Positions 56,541 to 64,000 of a stretch of DNA of 64,000 nucleotides are shown in pieces (the stretch's first letter is position 1; the number at the start of each line of letters is the position of its first letter). The DNA comes from a virus. A model generated the notes under the pieces. It was not told where the DNA came from and did not search any database. It saw nothing but the letters and a program-made list of their open reading frames with translations. The stretch spans positions 1-64,000 of IMG/VR virus record IMGVR_UViG_3300036770_008028; one strand, 5' to 3'. A program made the translations under genes and the position numbers.

Positions 56541-59500
56541 ATGGCCACACTCCAATCACTACAGGCCGAACGTAATAGACTGATCGAAAAGATCGGGCTG
56601 ACCACTGCGGCACTTGAGAGCCGCCGACGTGTTTTGGCTAGGGCAGAAAACACCTTGGCCACCACGACCGATCCTGCTCGGAGAGCAAGGTTAGAAGGCC
56701 AGATTGAAGATTTTTCAAGAGATGTCGCGGCATTCGCAGGAGAACTGGCCAGACTTAATCAACAGTTGGCCGAAGTCAATAATCAGATCTCTAATCTGCA
56801 GAAGAACCAGAAAGAAGGTGGTGGTCCAGCCGGCGCCAAAGCATCAGCAGCAGACATAGTCCGAGAAGATCAGGCAGCACGCGCCAATGGCTCGAGTCCC
56901 ACGGCTCCACCACCACCTGCGCTAAAGACCGGAGCCAATGGTCGCATACAGGCAGCCCCTGCCACCACGCAACCCAGCAATGCACAGCCGTTCCGTCCGG
57001 CATTTGATCAAGCAGTAGATGCCGCGGTCAGGAAGAACAAAGACACCCAGAGCACTCCGCCTATCACGGCGCGCCCTGGACCAGCACAGCCCTCAGCGGG
57101 TGGCCCGCAACCTTCGGCTACCACTGGTGCGGCTGCTGCAGGAGATGACAACACCAACGGCGTGCGCAATCGACTCAATGTGATTTTTGGTGGCACCACG
57201 CAACAGATCATCACGCAGCCCAATGTACTGGATCGCTATGCCAGTTATTCTTACAACATCAGCCTCTATATCATTTCACCTCAACAGTATAAAGACATGT
57301 TGAAGACCAAGACCAAAAAGGTCAACGATTTCCAACTACTGATACGCAGCGGCGGCGCACCTTTGAGTTCTGGTATCATACCTCAGGCTGGTGTGGCTGA
57401 CGTAGGCGAGAGTCCGGCGGTGACACAGAGCCTGGTCACAGGTCGCAATCAAGATTTTCCTTTGGATTTCTACATCGATGACGTGCAGTTTCGTTGCTAC
57501 GCGCCGGGCAAAGGCAGCAATGGTGCTCATAATGTGCAGGATCTTTCGTTCAAGATCATCGAGCCCAATGGTCTCACCCTGTTGGATCGACTTTACGCGG
57601 CCAGTCAAAGATTCAATCGCGAGCAAGGCATCGCAGCCACGAACTACGCTGCCCAGACCTTCCTCATGGTCATACGTTTTTATGGCTATGACGCAGATGG
57701 CAATCTTGTTGGTCCGGCCACGGGATCAGTGGTCAATGCGGACGGCACACGCGGCGTTGACCAGGTGATCGAAAAATTCATACCGTTCCATTTCAAGAGC
57801 ATCAAGTTCCGCATAGCCAACAAGTTGGTAGAATATGCGTGCGAGGCAGCGCCGCCGCCGCAGGTCATCAATCAGGGCATACGCGGAGTGATCCCGGCCA
57901 ACGTAGAGATACCAGCAAAGACTCTGAAAGATCTGTTTTCCGGCAACGGGGCTGGCGCCACTGCCAGCCGTGGCACGGATGGACGCGAATCTCCGCCACC
58001 AGCGGAACAGGCTGCTGTCAGACGTATCGACAACCAGATAATCAGCACCCAACAACGGTTAGAGGCCAGCAACGTTCCTCCTGGAGGATTGACCGGTAGC
58101 CTGCTCAACGATGAGTTGGGCATCTCCAATGATGAGCCGATTACTGCCGGTGCATCCCCCACACAGAATCTAGCACCAGCCAACGTCAATGCTGCTCCCA
58201 ACAAGAACCTGGTATACGGACTTATGACCGCACTGAACAAGTACCAGGCCGAATACGTGGCCAAGGGCGAGTTTGTTTATCCCGACGAATATCGTGTGGT
58301 GTTTACGGATCCCATACTGTCGGATGCCGAAGTGATACCTCCTGGCCCCACAGACAAAAAAAGCAAGCCCATGAGCCAATCGGGCACTGCCAATCAGAAA
58401 CTGAACCCGGCCACTGGTGCAGTAGACAATGACAGCAAGACCACATCAGCCACAGCAGGCATGAGCGTGGTTCAATTTATCGATCAGTACACGCGAGCCA
58501 GCAGTTACATCACCAAACAACAACTCAAGGTAGCCACCACGGATGCCACGGGTAAGATCACCTACATTCCTCAGACTGCTGGTGCCGGACAAGTGATCGC
58601 TTGGTACAGGATCGGTGTAGAGGCTGAGCCCTTGCAGTATGATCCCAAACGCAATGACAATGCCTATCGTATAACCTATCAAATCAGTCCTTACAAGATC
58701 AATGATCTGCAGAGCGAGTACTTTCCTGCCCCACTCTACAATGGTGTGCATAAAAAATACAATTACTGGTTTACCGGTCAGAACACTTCTGTGCTGAAAT
58801 TTGAGCAGGACTTTAACTATCTCTATTACCAGACCGTGAACTCGTCTGTGGATCTACAGGCATCAAACACAACCAATGCACGAGAATATCTACGTCGCGT
58901 GCACCAGGCCCGGAGCAACGAAAGCCAGCAGGGCATATCGGGGCCAGTGCTCGACGCCAGCGCCAATGCGGCCGATTATCTCTATTCTCCTGCTGATCAA
59001 GGGCAAGTCAGCCTGCAGATCATCGGCGATCCTTCTTGGATACAACAAGGAGAAGTATGGTCCGGTATCGCTGGCCTAGACTTTGACTATGGTGCTTTCC
59101 TGCCCGACGGAACGATCAACTATGAGAGCCAAGAAGCCCTGTTCCAGATCCTGTTCAACAAGCCAGTGGACTATGATCTTGACACAGGCATCCAGGATCC
59201 TGGCCAGAAAAACTATGAAGCCAATCGAGAACAAGGCCTGCCTGGCGAAGCCACACAGAACTACACCTATAGATTGAAAGAGATCGAAAACACATTTAGC
59301 CGCGGTGGGTTCACACAGGAACTGCGCGGTACCATAGTGAATTTCCCCTTGCCCACCAATGTGCCGGATGCACCCATGCGTGAAACTGTGCCGGCCACAC
59401 AACAACCATCATCGGCTTTCTTGCGCGGTCCGGATCAGACTGACGCCGAGACCAAGAGACTGCAGGCACAGAGTGCCCAGGCTAGATTTGGCGGCAAGAC

Positions 59501-59945
59501 CTGGGCGGATCGACAGCAACAAGCAGCCATCACCATGAGGGAGGCCCGGGCCGGTCGCGCATTCCAGGCCGGAACCACAGTGGATGACACACCCTTGACT
59601 GCTGACAGTCTTGGAGCGGAGGGATTTGCCGCACCCGCACCCGCGGCAGAACCACCTACCAGCAGTGGACAGGTAGTGGGTCCTGCTGCTTCAGGCTCAA
59701 CTGCCGTGGCAGCCCAGGGCGGCGCCAGTGGACCACGTGTGGGTGTTCCGGTGTCAGTGCAAGTGTTCACTCGCAGCGGTGTAAAAAACGTGACATCAAA
59801 TGCTGAGATACAGACCTTGTTCAATCAAGGTGAAATTACCGCACAAGAACGCAGCCAGTCCGCACAGGCTCTGGCGATACGACAACGTGCAGCCAACAGC
59901 CCGGTGACTAATCAACCCAATCAAACTATCAGAAGAGGAACCTAA
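56541..59945 (+). CDS. Large baseplate hub-like protein
   Basis: NVLD.YASYSY, F.I.EP.G, IIGDP.WI, F..G.FTQ.L; between gp53- and gp5-like genes. Confidence 0.55.
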   Translation: MATLQSLQAERNRLIEKIGLTTAALESRRRVLARAENTLATTTDPARRARLEGQIEDFSRDVAAFAGELARLNQQLAEVNNQISNLQKNQKEGGGPAGAKASAADIVREDQAARANGSSPTAPPPPALKTGANGRIQAAPATTQPSNAQPFRPAFDQAVDAAVRKNKDTQSTPPITARPGPAQPSAGGPQPSATTGAAAAGDDNTNGVRNRLNVIFGGTTQQIITQPNVLDRYASYSYNISLYIISPQQYKDMLKTKTKKVNDFQLLIRSGGAPLSSGIIPQAGVADVGESPAVTQSLVTGRNQDFPLDFYIDDVQFRCYAPGKGSNGAHNVQDLSFKIIEPNGLTLLDRLYAASQRFNREQGIAATNYAAQTFLMVIRFYGYDADGNLVGPATGSVVNADGTRGVDQVIEKFIPFHFKSIKFRIANKLVEYACEAAPPPQVINQGIRGVIPANVEIPAKTLKDLFSGNGAGATASRGTDGRESPPPAEQAAVRRIDNQIISTQQRLEASNVPPGGLTGSLLNDELGISNDEPITAGASPTQNLAPANVNAAPNKNLVYGLMTALNKYQAEYVAKGEFVYPDEYRVVFTDPILSDAEVIPPGPTDKKSKPMSQSGTANQKLNPATGAVDNDSKTTSATAGMSVVQFIDQYTRASSYITKQQLKVATTDATGKITYIPQTAGAGQVIAWYRIGVEAEPLQYDPKRNDNAYRITYQISPYKINDLQSEYFPAPLYNGVHKKYNYWFTGQNTSVLKFEQDFNYLYYQTVNSSVDLQASNTTNAREYLRRVHQARSNESQQGISGPVLDASANAADYLYSPADQGQVSLQIIGDPSWIQQGEVWSGIAGLDFDYGAFLPDGTINYESQEALFQILFNKPVDYDLDTGIQDPGQKNYEANREQGLPGEATQNYTYRLKEIENTFSRGGFTQELRGTIVNFPLPTNVPDAPMRETVPATQQPSSAFLRGPDQTDAETKRLQAQSAQARFGGKTWADRQQQAAITMREARAGRAFQAGTTVDDTPLTADSLGAEGFAAPAPAAEPPTSSGQVVGPAASGSTAVAAQGGASGPRVGVPVSVQVFTRSGVKNVTSNAEIQTLFNQGEITAQERSQSAQALAIRQRAANSPVTNQPNQTIRRGT

Positions 59946-62266
59946 TGCCTGATAACATAGAACGCACCAAAGGTAGACCAAAAGGTTACAAATTTGACCG
60001 TGGCGGCATGCCGGCGGAATTTGGTCCATTCATTGGCATAGTCAAGAACAATGTAGACCCTACTCGCAGTGGCCGATTGCAGGTGTACATAGAAGCATTC
60101 TCGGGGCAGGATCCCGAAGATGAAAGCCTGTGGCGCACAGTGAGTTACATTCCGCCTTTTTATGGACAGACTCCACACACAGGCACCGATGATGGCGCTG
60201 GCACTTTCACTGGCAATGCACAGAGTTATGGTATGTGGTTTACCCCGCCCGATCTCGACAGCCGGGTGGCCTGTTTTTTCGCCGAAGGTGATCCAAACCA
60301 AGGTTTCTATTTCGCCTGCGTGCCGGAGCCCGGTGTCAATCACATGATACCAGCCATTGGCGCCAGCCGGCGTTTTGCGTTTGACAACTCGCAAACCCCG
60401 CCCACCCTGGCAGCGGCCAGCCAACTGCCCGTGACAGAAATAAACACCCAGGATCTAGCCATCACTGATAACCCTAGATTCTTTGATCAGACCAAACCGG
60501 TGCACAGTTATCTGGCTGGTATCATGATGCAGCAGGGACTGATCACGGACAATGTTCGCGGACCTATCACTTCAAACAGCCAGAGAGAAACACCAAGTGC
60601 GTGTTTTGGAATCTCCACACCAGGACGCGCAATCTATCAAGGCGGCCTATCCGAAGCCGATATCAAAGGACAGTTGGAGCGCGGACAACTGAGACCGCAG
60701 GATGTGGAAGTGATAGCCCGTCGTGGTGGTCACAGCATCGTGATGGATGATGGAGATCTCGAAGGCCAGGACAATCTTGTGCGGATACGCACAGCCAAAG
60801 GTCATCAGATCACCATGAGTGATGACGGCGACTGTTTCTATGTGATACATGCCAATGGACAGACCTGGATAGAACTGGGCAAGCAGGGCACGGTAGATGT
60901 GTTTTCTACCAACTCTGTGAACGTGCGTACACAGGGCACGATCAATCTGCATGCGGATCGCGACATCAACATGTTCGCTGGAGGCGCTATCAACATCAAG
61001 AGCACCACCATGAAGATGCAGGCCGATGTGAGTCTTGACATCTTAGGAACCGGTCGGATGACCCTGTACAGCAAGAACGTCATCGGTATCAAGAGTGATG
61101 GCAGCCTGGCCTTGAAAAGTGTCTCTGCAGGTTCCTGGGACGGCGGCAGCGGTCTAAATCTCAAGGCCGGTTGTATCAATCTCAATTCCGGTGGTGCTGC
61201 TCCTGTGACCACACCCAGCAATCTCAGAGATTTCAGTCTAGCCGACACCAAATTTACCCCCACCGAAGGATGGACCGTGGAGTTTGGAAAACTTAAAACC
61301 ATAGTGACCCGCGCCCCCACTCATGAACCCTATCCCTATCATAATCAAGGCGTCAGCGCAGTCACGCAGTTGTCAGAAACTCCGCCCACAGATCTCACGC
61401 AGGCCACGGCCGAAACCCTGTCAGGCCTGAGAGAAGTGCCTGTGACCAATGGCATAGATTCTGCAGCGTTTCTGGAACAAGGCGCCGCCGAAATTTCTGT
61501 GGGCAGCCTAGATACCACGCAGGTCACTGGACTCCTGGCCCAGGCCTCGGCAGATGTGGGACAGTCTTTTGATGTGGTCAGCCTTGACAAGGGCATTGGC
61601 AAATTTGGCCTGTCAGCGGATCAGTTGGAATCCTCAGGATTCCTCAAACCTGGCACTGTGCAGACCTTCCTGAAAGATCCGGCGCAGCTAGAAACCGTGC
61701 TGAGCAGTCCATCGGTGTGGACGGGCAAGGCTGGCATAGGTAATCTCAGTTCATTGTTGACTGATCCAAAACTGCAGGATCTCACGCAGAATGAAATCAT
61801 GGTATCGGCACTGGACGGATTGAAATCTGCAGGTGTGGTCACTGGCTCCGAATCCCCACAACAGTTGGCATCATTTGTGCAGACTGCCAGCAAGTTTGGG
61901 GTGAACACCACCCTGGACTGGGTCAAGGGCGCAGCGCCTGCGGACCTTGCCACGCAGATAAATTCAGTGGCTAAAAATGCACAGTATGCTGTGAATTTCG
62001 TAGACAACAAGGCATCAGAGCTCACCACCGGTGGTGTGAGACTGGGAGGATTCACCAGCACAGTAGAGCGAGGTGCAGTAGATCGCGCAGTGTCTGGCAT
62101 TATCAACAATCCCAAGGTGCCTGTGCCAAACTTTGATACGGGATTGTACAGCAACACTCCCACCAGTAACTTGACCTACGAGGGCGACGACCCCATAGTG
62201 ATCGAGCGAGTAAATGCTGAACGCCGGCGCCGTGGACTGCCACCTCTGGGCGGCATTGATATCTAG
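59945..62266 (+). CDS. Baseplate spike protein (gp5/VgrG-like) with C-terminal extension
   Basis: VKNN.DP..SGRL.V, SYGMW..PPD, GH...MDDG, RTAKGHQ..M.D. Confidence 0.8.
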   Translation: MPDNIERTKGRPKGYKFDRGGMPAEFGPFIGIVKNNVDPTRSGRLQVYIEAFSGQDPEDESLWRTVSYIPPFYGQTPHTGTDDGAGTFTGNAQSYGMWFTPPDLDSRVACFFAEGDPNQGFYFACVPEPGVNHMIPAIGASRRFAFDNSQTPPTLAAASQLPVTEINTQDLAITDNPRFFDQTKPVHSYLAGIMMQQGLITDNVRGPITSNSQRETPSACFGISTPGRAIYQGGLSEADIKGQLERGQLRPQDVEVIARRGGHSIVMDDGDLEGQDNLVRIRTAKGHQITMSDDGDCFYVIHANGQTWIELGKQGTVDVFSTNSVNVRTQGTINLHADRDINMFAGGAINIKSTTMKMQADVSLDILGTGRMTLYSKNVIGIKSDGSLALKSVSAGSWDGGSGLNLKAGCINLNSGGAAPVTTPSNLRDFSLADTKFTPTEGWTVEFGKLKTIVTRAPTHEPYPYHNQGVSAVTQLSETPPTDLTQATAETLSGLREVPVTNGIDSAAFLEQGAAEISVGSLDTTQVTGLLAQASADVGQSFDVVSLDKGIGKFGLSADQLESSGFLKPGTVQTFLKDPAQLETVLSSPSVWTGKAGIGNLSSLLTDPKLQDLTQNEIMVSALDGLKSAGVVTGSESPQQLASFVQTASKFGVNTTLDWVKGAAPADLATQINSVAKNAQYAVNFVDNKASELTTGGVRLGGFTSTVERGAVDRAVSGIINNPKVPVPNFDTGLYSNTPTSNLTYEGDDPIVIERVNAERRRRGLPPLGGIDI

Positions 62267-62277
62267 TTAAATACAGC

Positions 62278-62652
62278 ATGCCTACGTTCATCGGATTCAA
62301 CACCATCAATCAGTTCAAGAAATTCACCCTGGTGGATTTTGAACTGATCAAGAGAGATCTCGCCAATGCTTTCAATATCCAGCAGGGAGAATTGCCAGGT
62401 CGGCCAGCCTATGGTACCACGCTCTGGAGTTATGTGTTTGAGAGCCAGACTCCAGAAAGCCAGCAGGCTATCCTGCAGGAGATACAACGGGTGGCCGGCG
62501 GTGATCCCAGGATCTACATCGCGGACGCCAATGCATATCCACAGGACAATGGTATACTGATAGAGATCTTGGTGCAGGTAGTGGCCAGTGAGACTGCCGA
62601 GCGCCTGGTCATATTCTTTGATCAAGAAACACGCAGGGCCAGTTTCATCTAA
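62278..62652 (+). CDS. Baseplate wedge protein (gp25-like)
   Basis: LIK.DL.N.F....GE....P.YGT.LW..VFE, DPR. Confidence 0.85.
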   Translation: MPTFIGFNTINQFKKFTLVDFELIKRDLANAFNIQQGELPGRPAYGTTLWSYVFESQTPESQQAILQEIQRVAGGDPRIYIADANAYPQDNGILIEILVQVVASETAERLVIFFDQETRRASFI

Positions 62653-62699
62653 AACTGCGCAGTTTTTGACTGCCATAAATATCAGAAAGATGAGATGCC

Positions 62700-64000
62700 A
62701 TGGCCAAAACCGCTAGACAGACTGCTATTTTCGGTGTAGAAGACTGGAAAAGACTGTATCAGACTTTCCGTGAAGCCGACTTCCAATCCTATGATTTCGA
62801 GACCCTACGCAAGAGTTTTGTTGACTATCTCCGCGTGTACTATCCGGAAACGTTCAATGATTACATAGAATCTTCTGAATTCATAGCCCTGCTTGATGTG
62901 ATGGCGTTCATGGGCCAGGCTCTGGCCTTCCGTAATGATCTCAATGCTAGGGAAAACTTCTTAGACACTGCGGAGCGACGAGATTCTGTGGTTCGTTTGG
63001 CCAACTTGGTTAGTTATACTCCCAAACGCAATCAAGCGGCACAGGGTTTTCTCAAAGTGTTTTCTGTGGCCACCACAGAAAATCTCACAGATTTCAACGG
63101 AATCAGCCTGGCCAATGTCACTGTGGATTGGAACGATCCTACCAATCCCAACTGGTTAGAACAGTTCACTCAGATCATCAATGCTGCCTTGGTGGACAGC
63201 CAGAAATTTGGACGTCCGGGTGCCAGCCAGAACATCCTGGGTGTGCGCACCGACGAGTATGCGATCAATATCGTGCCAGGCTTTCTAGCAGTGGTGCCTT
63301 ATACTGCCACGGTTGATGGTGTGAACATGCCTTTTGAAGCTGTGTCTGCCACCACCGAAGGACAAGACTACGTTTACGAACCTGCACCTCGACCATCGGG
63401 TGTGTTCAATATCTTGTATCGCAATGATCAACTGGGATTCGGCAGCGATGACACAGGCTTTTTCTTCCTGTTCAAGCAGGGTGTGTTGCAGAATCAGGAT
63501 TTCAACTTGGCAGAGGCAGTGGCCAACCGTACAGTGAATATCAACATTGAAGGCTGTAATCAAGAAGACCACTGGCTTTATAAACTGGATGACGTGGGCA
63601 GCATCGCAGATGAGTGGACGTTTGTGGAAAGCATCTATGCTGGCGCGGTTGAACAACTGGCACCGGACCAACGACAACTGTACTCTATAACCAGCCGCGC
63701 CAATGATCAGATCACTCTTACCTTTGGCGACGGGGTGTTTGCAGAAATTCCCGTAGGTTTTTTCCGAGCCTATGTACGGGCGTCAAATGGTCTGCAGTAT
63801 ATCATCAACCCGGAAGAAATGCAGGCGGTGCCTATCACGCTGTCTTACATATCTCGATTTGGCAGACTAGAAACACTGACCTTGACCTGTGGTATCACAC
63901 AACCTGTGAGCAATGCTCAGCCACGCGAGACCATACAGGAAATCAAGCAACGTGCTCCGGCGCGTTACTACACCCAGAACAGGATGGTGAACGGTGAAGA
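62700..64000 (+). CDS. Baseplate wedge protein (gp6-like), truncated by the window end; absent from the ORF track
   Basis: Translated by hand from ATG 62700: DFQSYDFETLR...FNDYIESSE...ENFLDTAERR.SV..LA....Y.PKR; later FGDG; TAAATA at 62676. Confidence 0.85.
   Translation, partial: MAKTARQTAIFGVEDWKRLYQTFREADFQSYDFETLRKSFVDYLRVYYPETFNDYIESSEFIALLDVMAFMGQALAFRNDLNARENFLDTAERRDSVVRLANLVSYTPKRNQAAQGFLKVFSVATTENLTDFNGISLANVTVDWNDPTNPNWLEQFTQIINAALVDSQKFGRPGASQNILGVRTDEYAINIVPGFLAVVPYTATVDGVNMPFEAVSATTEGQDYVYEPAPRPSGVFNILYRNDQLGFGSDDTGFFFLFKQGVLQNQDFNLAEAVANRTVNINIEGCNQEDHWLYKLDDVGSIADEWTFVESIYAGAVEQLAPDQRQLYSITSRANDQITLTFGDGVFAEIPVGFFRAYVRASNGLQYIINPEEMQAVPITLSYISRFGRLETLTLTCGITQPVSNAQPRETIQEIKQRAPARYYTQNRMVNGE

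Noticed and set aside
1-64000. tRNA genes, alternative genetic code, large terminase
   Set aside because: No cloverleaf seen; core genes are intact in the standard code; no gp17 motifs, so it is presumably outside the window

Overview
64 kb of a large T4-like myovirus genome, apparently an uncultured lineage. It holds nearly the whole morphogenesis region: portal, prohead protease, scaffold, major capsid, neck, sheath, tube, baseplate and a long tail-fibre cluster. It also carries the gp55 late sigma factor, gp46/gp47 recombination nuclease, an EndoII-like GIY-YIG nuclease, dNMP kinase, a DexA-like exonuclease and a free-standing HNH homing endonuclease. Late genes follow a TAAATA box; a few early genes have sigma70-type promoters. 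The most notable unexplained feature is a ~390-nt structured non-coding RNA candidate (49581-49967, minus strand) directly downstream of the GIY-YIG gene. Three GNA-triloop DNA hairpins follow it, so it may be an RNA-primed origin or a nuclease-associated RNA. Other highlights: proteins with T4-like capsid-targeting N-termini (two look like protease-processed polyproteins), an aminoacyl-transferase-like three-gene cassette, RBS-occluding hairpins with a late promoter in the loop, many apparently leaderless genes, and a synonymously recoded capsid 3' end beside the homing endonuclease. No tRNA, CRISPR array, reverse transcriptase or large terminase was seen. All family assignments are from motif recognition by eye, not database searches.
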